Source: Eledone cirrhosa
Taxonomy: Eukaryota
Length of the DNA: 64,000 bases
Assembly (NCBI GenBank): GCA_964016885.1
Contig: OZ024740.1
Coordinates: 349,990,001 to 350,054,000, forward strand
Direction of reading: 5' to 3'
Shown here: positions 13,092-25,540 of the stretch, piece after piece
How positions within the stretch are numbered: the stretch's first letter is position 1
Layout of the letters: each line of letters opens with the position of its first letter
The notes under the pieces: generated by a model
Databases searched by the model: none
What the model saw: the letters and a program-made list of their open reading frames with translations, nothing else
Told to the model about the DNA's origin: nothing
Made by a program: the position numbers and the translations under genes

Positions 13092-14087
13092 GTGTATATA
13101 TATATATGCAATGAATGGTCATGGTCGGAACGCCTTGATACTTTATAAGGGTTGACCTGTGCAAACCAGTAACAACAACCGCTCATGACAGAAAGAAGTT
13201 ACGAACGAGAGAAAGTAAAACGGCAGAGTATTCTCGGATCTCCAATATGCCCCCTCCTTCCTCATCCGCTTATTAATTTTTTCAGATTTCCCCTTCCCCC
13301 CGATCTTATTCCAACTTTATTAAACTTTCGTGATCTATCTCCGGCGAAATTTCATTTTAAGAAGTAGCATTCCTGTGACGTTTAATTTTCTTTATATATT
13401 AAAACACATAGATAACAAATAAAAGCTCATTACTGAAAATCCTATACGATATACACTAAATAGGATATACGATATACACTAAATAGGATATACGATATAC
13501 ACTAAACTATTAATTGTGGTTTTTAAAAAAAATTAAAATTTTGAGACAACTTAGAAAAATTACCGATTTTCTAAACCCTGCTTATTCTACCCCTTTCTTA
13601 TTTCAACTTCCCCGCTTATCCTCCCCCCATACCCCCCTATTTTTGGGACCCGAGTGTAAGTAAAATAGAAGAAAAGAATGGAAAAAATTTAGAATATTCT
13701 TGTTTCCAAAAATACAACCTGAAAGCAAAACAAAATATATAAATCAACAAATAAACAACAGCAGCATCAACAACAACAACAAGAACAACAATAATAGTAA
13801 CAAGGAACACTTCAGTTTTAGATATAAAGAACACTTCTTTTACCAATTCTATGTAGCGCCATCTGGTTTGCCTATCTTTTAGTTGTCGATGCTCACAAGA
13901 CCTTTGGCAAGTTTCTACAGATTTAAGCCATTTAAGCATGAATAAACAATTAGGTCAACAATTGGGAATTATCTTCTTCATGTTTCTCTCTCTCCATCTT
14001 TGTTTGTCTGTCTCTCTATCACTCTCTCTCTACATCTAACTACCTCTCTATTTGCACCTCTCTCTCTGTCACTTTCTTTCATTCTTT

Positions 14088-14473
14088 CTTTCTTTCAAAT
14101 ATCATTTTGGAAGAAGAATCAGGATGGAGAGAGAGGTGCTGTACCCCAGCACATTTTATAAAAGGTGGGTGAATGTGGCAAAGAAGGCCCGAGTGGTTGG
14201 GCCTTCTCTCTATATAAGCCTGTAGGTTGATGAAAAAGAGGAAGAGAGGAAGGGAGTACTCACTCTTGGTGCTCCTGGAGATGAGGGTTGTACATTTTTT
14301 CGGGGTGTGTACAACCCCTGTGTAACACCTTCCCCCTATTGGGGATTTCAATTGTTATTTGTTATTGTATTAATAGTTTTATTTTCATATACCTGTATGT
14401 AAACTCCCCATTTGTATTTGTCCCCTTCTTTTGTGCCCTTGTGGCTAATAAAGAAATTTATCTATTTATCTAT
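14088..14473 (+). mobile_element. 5'-truncated L1/Tx1 LINE 3' end (copy 1)
   Basis: Homologous to 16120-16530 (FKYHFGRRIRMEREVLYP..), with 3' UTR and (TATC)-like tail. Confidence 0.85.
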
Positions 14474-14792
14474 CGAAGCGAAAATGGCCCGAGTGATTGG
14501 GCCTTCTCTGTTTATAAGCCTGTAGGTTAAAGAAGAGAGCAAAAGGAAGAAAGGAACACTTGCACAACACGCTCCTGGAGTTGAGGGTTGTTCTATCGAC
14601 GGTGTATTAAACAACCTATTTGTGGCGCTTCCCCTATTGGGGATTTCGATTGTTGTAATTGTTTGTTTTTATATTTTTTACACGACTGTATGTAAAATCC
14701 CCGGCATGTCTTTGTATTGTCCCCTTTTCTTGTGCGCCAATGTGGCAAATAAAGAAATCTATCTATCTATCTATTTATCTACCTATCTCTAT
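14474..14792 (+). mobile_element. 5'-truncated L1/Tx1 LINE 3' end (copy 2)
   Basis: Starts at aaatggccccgagtgattgggcc and ends gtggcaaataaagaaatctatctatc. Confidence 0.85.
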
Positions 14793-16530
14793 CCTCGAGC
14801 CACTACTGCGGAAGTTGGAGTTGTTGCAGGGCATCCCTTTGGAACCGGGATTGCGGAAAGCGGTGTCGGCCTACGCCGATGACGTGACAGTAATGGTGTC
14901 GACGGCCTCCGAAATCGAGGCGGTCGGCACCTTACTGGAGGAGTACGAAAAGTTCACAGGGGCTAAGCTGAACCGGGACAAGTCGATCGGTTTGCAACTC
15001 GGCACGTGGAGGGGCAGACCGATGCCCTCCGATAGCGTCGTCGGACGCTGGACGGAGGGCCCGGTGAAGTTGCTCGGGGTCTGGTTCGGACCGGACCTCC
15101 AGGTGGAGAAAAACTGGGCGGAGGTTACGAACAGGGTGTTTGCACTGACCCAGAAGTGGGCCAGTTGCAAACTATCCCTGAAAGGTCGGGCGGAGGTGGC
15201 GAACACCTACATAGCGTCCGTCATCTACTACCGCCTGACCGTAGTGCCCTGCCCAAGGGAAACCCTCACCAAGATGGAGCGCGCGCTCTTCCAATTCCTT
15301 TGGAAGAGGCGGGCTCCTATGGTGAGGAGATCCATCTGCTGTCAACACCCTTCGAAAGGAGGGCTGGGGATGCCGTGGCTAATGATGCGTAAACACGCAT
15401 TAAGGCTACGGCACCTCTACGTATTCCTCACCGGACAACCAGTGTGGGCCTCGTTTGTGAGACGAACCTTTCCCAGACTCGTCTCACTCACCGAGCTGCA
15501 ATCCTGGGTCAAGCAAAGACCGAGAAAACTGGGCGCCTGGCACACTGAGTGTGCCCAGGCGCTCACCGCCCTCTGGCAGGCGGATCCGGTTATCAGTGGA
15601 GACTCCACCGCAACATTCTATAGAGGGCTGGTGCGCAGCAGGTGCGACGACGCCCTCGGAGAAGCCCTAGACATGGAGGAGGACGAACTGGCCAGCCTGT
15701 TCGGTAGGACATTCAGCCCGGGACCTATGGACAACTTCCAGAAGTCCCTGGCCTGGCAGTGCTACCGAGGGGCTTTACCCGTTCGAGAAAGGCTCTACAG
15801 ACACGGGCGCCCGGGTAGGGACCCCGCCAAAAAGATCTGTCCCAGATGCGTGTGCGACGAGGAAACCGTTGCACACGCATTAGTACACTGCTCGGGCGTA
15901 GCCGATCTGTGGGGCTATGTCGAACAACTGCTGTCAAGGGTGGGACCGATCCGGTTGACCACCGAGTCTATTGTAATGATCAAGCCGCCTCCCCCCTTCA
16001 AAGATGAAGCAGAGGCGGTGTTTCTGTGCGTAATAGCCATGGCGAAAGAGGTTGTATGGTGGACGCGTCTGAAAGGACTGAGGTCGGGCACCTTTCTCTC
16101 TGGCCAACAACTGGTCCGTTTCTTCCGATATCATTTCGGAAGAAGGATCAGGATGGAGAGAGAGGTGCTGCACCCCAGCCGTTTCTATGAAAGATGGGTG
16201 AAAGTGGCGAGAATGGCCCGTGTGAATGGGCCTTCACTCTACATCAGACTATAGGTGAGGAAGATGAAAGACCAAGGGAACACCCCTTCTCTGTGCTCCT
16301 GAGGAGAAGGGTTGCACACTTTTTTCGGGGGTGTGTGCGACCCCCCAAGGCGCCTCCTCTCTATTGAGGATTTTGTTAAAAATTTTATTTTTTGTTATAT
16401 CTTATTTTATTTTTATATTTTGTTATTGCTTCCTCCTTATTGAGGACGCCTTTTTGTGTAAACTCCCCCCTTTGTACTTGTCCCACTTTTGATGCCCTAG
16501 TGGCAAATAAAAGAAATCTATCTCTATCTA
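14793..16530 (+). mobile_element. 5'-truncated L1/Tx1-clade LINE: RT C-terminal half plus zf-RVT, stop at 16254
   Basis: AYADD, LGVWFG, LSLKGRAEVANTY, KGGLG and CPRC..ETVAHALVHC. The frame is uninterrupted for ~485 codons. The first ~45 residues of the listed ORF come from the upstream element's UTR and tail. Confidence 0.93.
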
Positions 16531-16905
16531 ATATTAATTTTAGTGCAAACACACTATCTTAAAAATAGCGATGTGGCCTTGCCTTGCCAAGACGTTATAA
16601 TGAATATTTTGAAAATGAACACTCTTCACATTTATCCATAAATATATTATTTACCAATTCTTTGCTGTTAGGCATCACTATCTGGTGTGCGAATCTATTA
16701 GCTACTAAGTAGTCATTTCTCACAAGACCCCTAGCAAGTTTTTACAGATTTACTCCACTTAAGCATGAATACACAATTAGGTCAACAATTGAGATTGATA
16801 TTTTTTCATATTCAGTCTCTATTTTTCTGTCACTCTTTCTCTCCATCTGTTCTCGCTATCTTCCTACTCACATATCCCTGTCTTTGTCTGTCAGTCGGTT
16901 TGATA

Positions 16906-16957
<52 letters not shown>

Positions 16958-17084
16958 CATTCTCGCTCTCTCACCCCCCCTCTCTCTCTCGATAAATATC
17001 TAATAATATATGACGACAGCTAAAACTTTTCGACACTCAGAAAGAAGCGTGGTAGAATAAAATGTCATTCATAAGAAAGGCACC

Positions 17085-17560
17085 GTGTACACTATAAAGT
17101 GGCTGGTGATAGAAATAGCATTCAGCCGTAGAAAACTTGCCAAACAGAGGATAGAAACGACACTTCAGTTGTGACAAAGACATGACAGACTCACTAGTTT
17201 TGGTGCCACGATAAAATGCACGATGCAAAGTGCGAGATCAATGGATTCGATTGTGACTGATTTGGTTTGTGACGGACTGTCCAACCCTTGCTAGCTTGGC
17301 AAGATGTTAAACCAGATTCTCAAAGTGGGCGCTACTGCCCCCCCCCCCTCTCGGGGGTGTTGACAAGGTCCAGGGGGGTGCTAACGCCTAAGGGGGCGGT
17401 GGGTGGTGGTTATATATTATTTATTTTATATGAATGAACGCTTTTATTTATTATAAATCATTTACAAAATAGGGTGGGGTGGCGAGGGGGCTGAGGGTAT
17501 TACGTGGCCTTGAGGGGGCGGTGGCCCCAAGAGTTTGAGAACCTCTCCGTTAAATGATGA
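17085..17560 (+). mobile_element. old SINE/RTE 3' tail remnant interrupted by a MITE
   Basis: aaagtggctggtgatagaaatagcattcagccgtagaaaacttgcc and gtccaacccttgctagc..gttaaa tgatgat resemble the RTE 3' UTR at 29964-30120 (minus). Confidence 0.55.
17312..17547. mobile_element. hAT (Charlie-like) MITE
   Basis: Ends ccagattctcaaa ... tttgagaacctct with G/C-run subterminal motifs. gttaaa is duplicated on both flanks. Confidence 0.6.
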
Positions 17561-18789
17561 TACATACATACACTTTCATACGTTAACTCTAACGAAAACA
17601 CGCGGCCCTCAATATAGTGTTTTAACAGTGACATGACATAATCTTTGATACCCTTTTAAATTTATTCTTATTTCTAATATATTTTCCTTCTTAAATTTGG
17701 TTGCTTCTTAAACTCTCCCCCTAAGCTTAAACTTACCATAGATACTCCTCCACATACATTTTAAGTTTTTCTACATTTTTCCTGAATTATTTTCACATAT
17801 ATTTTTTAATTAATGTGCTTCTGATATTTTACCCATCATGTTATATATGTTATAAATTATATGTACTTCTAATATTTCATCCATCATCTAACTTTATAAT
17901 GTTATAGTTTGTATGACAGGTTGTGATTTCTTTTGTTTAATTTATGAAACAATGTGTTTTAAATTATATGTCTCGATTTATTGATTAACCTTCAGTTCTA
18001 ATTTTAATACGATTCTTAATAGTTCTCCTATTTATTGTATATTATATGTATTTAATTTTCTATCCGACGTCTGCACATTAACCCTTTTGATATCCACCTG
18101 CCTAAAACTACTTCTGTTTCTATGAAACAAACTGTCCATTTTAAAGGGTTTCTATTTATATTAAAATCTTCCTACATAATTTGATAAAAGAAGCTCTATA
18201 ATTAATATTTTAGTAAATCCTCCCAGATTCGCAATTAATTAGTCGAAATACAGTCTATTTCATTAGGAATATAGTCACGAAATGGGTTAACAAGATTTAT
18301 TTGAATTACACCTGTAAACTTATTTACATTCTTAGAGGATGTTTAGGTTAGCTTGCTGTTTATATTTTTACTCATATTTTTCGTTATTATCATTCATATA
18401 TTTATTTAGCCAATGGCTGTCATTTTATTCTTTATAGATTTGCTTTTACCGCTTACACCTCACCTGTATATTAATATTTTTCTCACATTTTCTCTATCAG
18501 TTTCTATTTCTCATTTTTCCCCCGCCCCGTCTTTTTCATTACAATTTCTACATATACTTTTCTCTCTATATATTTTCCAAATAAAATAATTTTGAATTGA
18601 AACATTGCTGAGAAGGGACTCCATGTCTATACAAAATATACATGAAAATAGAAAGTACATTTGCATGGATTATGTGTGTCAACATTAGAGAAAGGAAAAA
18701 TGTTCCAGGGGAACGTCCTAATGATGTATGTATACAGTAGATTATATCGTACTTAATATCATCATCATTACGACCATAGTCAAACATTG

Positions 18790-19470
18790 CTAACAATGTC
18801 TCTTCACAATTCAGGATTTTCCGTCGCTCCTGGCAACTACTCCCTACTGAGGCTTGTATTGTCTGAGAGTTGATCGATGTTTGTTCGAGCATGTCTTCCT
18901 ATACTGCATCTCCAGTGAATTAGATCCCACAATAGTAGCTTGTGTATAACTTCCTGCTTACTTCTCCAGAAATGTTCTGCAAATTGTAACCGTCTTTGAG
19001 CAATTGTAGTTGTTATTTTGGGCAAGTTTCCGTATAAGCTTTCATTTTTAATACATTGACGCCAGCTTATGTTTTATAAGACCCATTTATTTTCTTCTCA
19101 AGTGCATGTGTCAGGGTCTATATACTTGACCCATACAATAATTGTTTCTATTTTTGGCACACGGCCAGCAATTATCCCAGAGCATTACTGGTACTTTATT
19201 TTATCGACCTCGTAAGGAGGAAAGGCAAAGTTAACCTCGACGGGATTTGAACTGAGACCGTAAAGGGCCGTAACTCTATACTGCATAGCATGGCGTCCGA
19301 CTCTCTCCCGATACTGCCAATCCACCCATACAATAATGACCCAACAGATGCTCTGAAGAATGATATTTTGATTTTTCTGGGTAGATCTGACTTCTATATC
19401 CTTTTCTTTTTGTTCATACAGCCCAGACTGTGAAAATTCTAATGTCGATGTCTTTTTTTGATGAACTCAA
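18790..19470 (-). pseudogene. decayed RTE-clade LINE 3' portion
   Basis: PKITTTIAQRRLQFAEHFWRSKQEVIHKLLLW..GRHARTNIDQL, with upstream frames broken. Confidence 0.7.
19143..19324 (-). mobile_element. SINE inserted into the RTE remnant
   Basis: Same family as 3996. TSD acccatacaataat on both sides. Confidence 0.9.
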
Positions 19471-21373
19471 ATTAGCAACTGAAAAACAAACCATGACATA
19501 ACAACCACACAATACACCATACCGTATTGCTCATCACGCAGGTCAACAAGAAGCGTGTCTCATGATAGAAAACCATGAGGGTCGAAAATTAGTTTACTGG
19601 ATCCCTATTGAAATACAAGAAATTTATAAATATAACTTCTTTCAACACTAGGAACCTAAATAACACTAAGGGAATAAACGAATTTATAAGCACGCTGGGA
19701 ACTTTACAAGTTTGAAGTTACAAAGGCTGGAAACTTGTGTTTAATTTAGTTGGGAAGCCTAACGCAATTTAACTACTGGGGGAGTAGCTTAGCGGTTAGG
19801 GTATATAGCTAAGGATAAGAAGATCATGTATTCGAAGCGTGTTATGTATCGTATATAAGACACTACATTTGAAGCTACACCTGTGTACTCAGTTTAAAAG
19901 AAAATTGAGTTTAACCCAGGCAAGTTCCGGCTTGATAACCATCTGTGCTTCAGCCATACTTTAATTTAACTTTAACTCAATTCACAGCCAATCAAAACAT
20001 ACCTAAGATAGCATCATGATCCTGACCTATAGATTCTATACTTCGATTGACCATTGGTGTCTCCATAAGTATTTTACTCTATTTCCTCAACTATTATTTA
20101 TAGTAGTTTATTTTTAAATTGAATTTTAGATCTGAATTCCAATACAAATTTGATTTGGAACTGGTTTCGGTAGATAAAAGAACTCAGTTTTATCACATTG
20201 AAATTTCCAATTCAAGAAAAATGAAAACTAAAGAAGTATGTGAAAAACATTACAATTTCCACATACCTAAAATCTACTCTCCTTGAAATATTTGGCTTTA
20301 TCTATTCTCCTTTTATATATTAGTAAGAGAAAGATATGGAATTGCCAATGTGCTTGACTGGGGAGATTCATAGAGTTGTTGTTCAGTTTGAACATCAAAA
20401 GATCAGTGACTGTGAGAAAAAAGATATGGAGGGAAATCCAAAAAGGTATAGTTCAAACGAGGGAAAAGTGAAGGAAACGAAACCCGTGGAAGGGAAATAT
20501 GAGTGGCTAGAGGAGTGGGCTTAAGCGGAGAGAGTATACAGTTTGTTAATTCAGTATCCATTACTTCTGTCATAACGGGTGATAACAATTTAAAATCAGT
20601 CACAGTATTTGAGTGTATGTAATACTACTAGTGGTCACCAATATTTTATTGTTTAGTCGTAGGTGAGCCATGTTTGAACAGACCTAATTTTCTTAGAAGC
20701 CTCTAGGATTACATTGTCTAATGTGTCATTTTATTTAAGCAGGTTGATCGACAACGTAACGGTTCCTTTGTTTGCTCAATATGTTACCATGTTTGTATCA
20801 CTGCTGCTGTCATGAGCCTCCAGTTCAGCTCTAATCGAGCAGGTAGTCAATCAAGCGACTAACTGCGGTCTACAGTTACAAATGTACGATACGTTCACCT
20901 AGTTCAGAAGAACCATATTATACAATCAGACATACAGTGCTTAATCGATTTAAACTGTTGTATGGCATTCTGAATATGTTGTTCTCGCTCTATGTATTTT
21001 TTATATAAGTAAACGTATTTCAATAGCATTTCATTTTTCGTGTAAGCAATTTCAGTTTTTATATAACCCTAAGCTCACTTAGCATATAACGTGTTTCTTC
21101 TTCTATATAAGTTCCATTGACACCCCATTTCCTTTATACGAATATTAAATCTAACTCCAGTTATTGACTGTTACTTTATCTTTTCCACCGCGGAAGAAAG
21201 AACGGCAAGGTTGAACTTCGTGGAATTAGAACACATAACGCAAAGGGTCGCAACTTAATACAACAGACACATCTCGGTATATCCAAATTATACCGCCCCA
21301 GTGAAAGCTGTTACATATATTCATAGAATTATTGTATAATGCATGTCGATCATTCGATGTAAAATTTTTTCAG

Positions 21374-21518
21374 TTCATTTCAAAATGACAGCTGTAAACG
21401 ATCTGTTGACTTCTCAACAATGTGGTTCAAATTCGACAACAAAAAGAGTGAAATTGTCACTGAGACTATGACGAAGACGGGTATTAATTTTAGTGATGTA
21501 GAATGCGTTGCTGCAAAG
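21374..21518 (+). other. possible coding exon
   Basis: ttttttcAG acceptor and aaag|GTaact donor, with 145 nt open throughout: SFQNDSCKRSVDFSTMWFKFDNKKSEIVTETMTKTGINFSDVECVAAK. No family recognised. Confidence 0.3.
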
Positions 21519-22127
21519 GTAACTTATGTCAACATCAGCTATCACTATAGTTGTTAGTATATCTACGATAGTAATAAAATAAGAAGAAAAGAAAAAAACC
21601 TTCAGCTTCTTCTGGTATGTAGAAAAACATACATTGTATTTTGATGAACATGTGTTTATTTACCATGAAAAATGTTTGTTTACAAACACAATACAGTAAC
21701 CATATTATGTACATCACTTCGATCACCGCAACACTGACTTCACAGTGAGTCAGCATTGCATAACGACCTTCAGTTGCGTAATTTTGAGCAGGAACTCTAA
21801 AGTAAGTGTGTATAAGTGTTTAAAAAAGAATGATACAAAAAGCAACAACAAAAATTTACAAAAATAAACATACAAAAAAAAAAAGAAATACAAATATAAA
21901 CAAATAGAAGTAATTTCAGCTTTGTTATGCAAGAGCTTTTCTTGTAAAGGAGAGTAAAAAAAATCGGGTTCTATCCATTTTACAATTTTAGACATAAAAT
22001 ACATGGTATTTTATTTGTTTGGATCGCATTCACTATCTCCTCTCAAAGGGACGTAGAGAGTAGTAAATACAATTCTGAAATAAGGAATTCAAACTGGTTA
22101 CAATTAAAACAATGAATTCACCTGTAT

Positions 22128-22221
<94 letters not shown>

Positions 22222-22286
22222 ATATATATATGTATATATATATGTATATATATGTATATATGTATATATATATATATGTATATATG

Positions 22287-22404
<118 letters not shown>

Positions 22405-22430
22405 ATGTCTAAATACCATGTATTTTATGT

Positions 22431-22735
22431 ATCCTAAACCGACGGTAGTCGGTTTATCCTAAACCGACGGTAGTCGGTTTATATAGTAATATTGTTGTCT
22501 TAGTGATTTCGTTGGCAATCGTCTCTTTACAGCATTATTAGAATGTCTTCCGATTATCAAAATCACATGAAAGTTATATGAGCATGGAGAGTAAATCATT
22601 GCACATCTCTTAAGCTAAAAATCTCGAAATTTCGTTCAGCACAAAAAAAGTTATGATCAAAGTTTGCTGAAAAAACTGTGTTCAAGTGAGTAAGTGAGTG
22701 AGTAAGGGTGACGCTCTGTTATATATATTTATATT

Positions 22736-22768
<33 letters not shown>

Positions 22769-22809
22769 ATATTTATATATTTATATTTATATATATATAT
22801 ATTTATATT

Positions 22810-22842
<33 letters not shown>

Positions 22843-22851
22843 CTATATATT

Positions 22852-22887
<36 letters not shown>

Positions 22888-22921
22888 TATATATATTTAT
22901 ATATATATTTATATATATATT

Positions 22922-22952
<31 letters not shown>

Positions 22953-22953
22953 T

Positions 22954-23048
<95 letters not shown>

Positions 23049-23083
23049 ATTTATATATATATATATTTATATATATATATATT

Positions 23084-23120
<37 letters not shown>

Positions 23121-23558
23121 ATATTTATATATATTTATATATATATTTATATATATTTATATATATATATATTTATATATATATATATGTTTATATATAT
23201 TTATATATATATATATGTTTATATATATTTATATATATATATATGTTTATATATATTTATATATATATATATGTTTATATATATTTATATATCCTAAACC
23301 GACGGTAGTCGGTTTAGTATTAGTAATATTGTTGTCTTAGTGATTTCGTTGGCAATCGTCTCTTTTACAGCATTATTAGAATGTCTTCCGATTATCAAAA
23401 TCACATGAAAGTTATATGAGCATGGAGAGTAAATCATTGCACATCTCTTAAGCTAAAAATCTCGAAATTTCGTTCAGCACAAAAAAAGTTATGATCAAAG
23501 TTTGCTGAAAAAAACTGTGTTCAAGTGAGTAAGTGAGTGAGTAAGGGTGACGCTCTGT
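22431..23558 (-). mobile_element. two near-identical ~270-bp Helitron/Helentron-like non-autonomous units (22431-22718, 23291-23558) separated by a (TA/TTTA) array
   Basis: Terminal hairpin aaaccgac-ggta-gtcggttt at one end and a (GTGA)n microsatellite near the other. The family assignment is inferred from this architecture only. Confidence 0.55.
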
Positions 23559-23604
23559 GCATTTGATGCATCTCTTGGGACCGGTCAGAGGAGGATAAGG
23601 GGTT

Positions 23605-24165
23605 ATTCGGGGTGCGGCGCTTATTCGAACCCTCCCCCAGTGACTGCGATTATTCGGGGTGAGACGCTTATTCGAACCCCCCCCCCGCTTATTCGAACCC
23701 TCCCCCCAGTGACTGCGATTATTCGGGGTGCGGCGCTTATTCGAACCCTCCCCCCAGTGACTGCGGTTATTCGGGGTGCGGCGCTTATTCGAACCCTCCC
23801 CCCAGTGACTGCGATTATTCGGGGTGCGGCGCTTATTCGAACCCTCCCCCCAGTGACTGCGGTTATTCGGGGTGCGGCGCTTATTCGAACCCTCCCCCAG
23901 TGACTGCGATTATTCGGGGTGAGGCGCTTATTCGAACCCCCCCCCCCCCCCCCCCCCCACAGTGACTGCGGTTATTCGGGGTGCGGCGCTTATTCGAACC
24001 CCCCCCCACAGTGACTGCGATTATTCGGGGTGAGGCGCTTATTCGAACCCTCCCCCAGTGACTGCTGTTATTTGGGGTGAGGGTCTTATTCGAACCCCCC
24101 CTAGTGACTGCGGTTATTCGGGGTGCGGTGGTTATTTGAACCCCCCCCCCAGTGACTGCGGTTAT
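23605..24165. repeat. GC-rich minisatellite, ~50-bp unit, about 11 copies
   Basis: Unit ttattcggggtgcggcgcttattcgaaccctccccccagtgactgcg(a/g). Confidence 0.95.
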
Positions 24166-24734
24166 TTTTTTGAATTTGAATTTTAAATGTTGATACAATG
24201 TGGCAGTAAACATTAATCATTGAGCTAATTAGGAGCTATTATGTTCTCCTATCTCGCGATAAGTGGTCACACGTTGCAAACTAGTTGAGGTTGTCTTCTA
24301 TTTATATTCAAATGAGTAATCACTCACTGCATTGTTCTCTTTCAAAGCAGTCGCTGATTGATATACTAGAAATTCAGAAAATCATTTGGATTTGTACTAA
24401 TAGTTGTGAATAGTTGTGCTATTTTTTGTACCGATAGGTGCGAGTAGTGAACTCATTTGCGATAGGTGCGAATAGTGTGCTCATTTGACATATGAAAATG
24501 ACGTCTCTCGGCTTTTTTATCGGCTTATTTATTTTGACTATTACAAATGAAAAATTTGTTTCCCTGCAAAAGTCTCGCCAAAATGGTCGCAAAAAAAATC
24601 GCAAAAGGTCACTTCATACGTTTCGCGGCTTTCGAAAAAAGTCACCATATACGTTTCGCGGCTTTTTGATCGGCTTATTACTTTTTTGCCTGGCGCGAAA
24701 ATGCAATACAGTTTTTTGGACTATGAACACTCAA

Positions 24735-25075
24735 ATGATGAAATCGACAAAAATGGCGTGTGAGAAGAAAATCAAAAAATTTGCATATGAAAAATCGACA
24801 AAAAATGGCGCGCGTGAAGAAAATACAAAAATCCCAAAAAAATTATCATGTGAAAAATTGACAAAAAATCGACAAAAATGGCGTGCGTGAAGAAAATCCA
24901 AAAATCCAAAAAAAAATTATCATGTGAAAAATTGACAAAAAATCGACAAAAATGGCGCGCGTGAAAAAAAATCAAAAAAACCCAAAAAAATTTGCATGTG
25001 AAAAATTGACAAAAAATCGACCAAAAATGGCGCGCGTGAAAAAAATCCCCAAAAAATTTGCATGTGAAAATTGAT
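24735..25075. repeat. A-rich minisatellite, ~60-75-bp unit
   Basis: Recurring gaaaaattgacaaaaaatcgacaaaaatggcgcgcgtgaa. Confidence 0.9.
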
Positions 25076-25540
25076 ATTTGCCTTCTATTGCATTAGAATT
25101 TGTCATGTTTAATTAAAATGTTATTTTCAACTAAATGCAAATGGTGCAAATTTGCTCCATTTAGATTCAGTTGTTAATGCTCACCTACAAATTTAAAAAA
25201 ATTGTATTTTCTTAAATGACTCTTATTTATCATAAGTTAATATTTTTAAGATAGGTGAGTGCTCCACGATCTGACCTATGTCCCCGCCATGTGGAGTGGA
25301 TGCTTGTACCAATTAGATAAAATATCTCAACTTATTTCTGTGACTCCAATGCACAGGCTGACACTGTAGCTTGAATTAAATTCAAAATTGGTACAAGTAA
25401 CTAAGAGGTCACAAAAGAATAGCTTCACTTTCACCTATAGTTTTCATTAACATCATTTTTGGGATTTTTTGATAGAAGTAACTAAAGTAATAACTATTTA
25501 ATTAAGTAGTTGTTGTTTGCATTGCCTTGAAAAATAGGAA

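Noticed and set aside
20336-20524. 62-aa ORF MELPMCLTGE..
   Set aside because: No recognisable domain or convincing acceptor site, and the length is within chance expectation.
23605-24165. CRISPR-like regular repeat / 17-aa repeat protein
   Set aside because: Units are contiguous with no unique spacers, there are no cas genes and the context is eukaryotic. It is a minisatellite.
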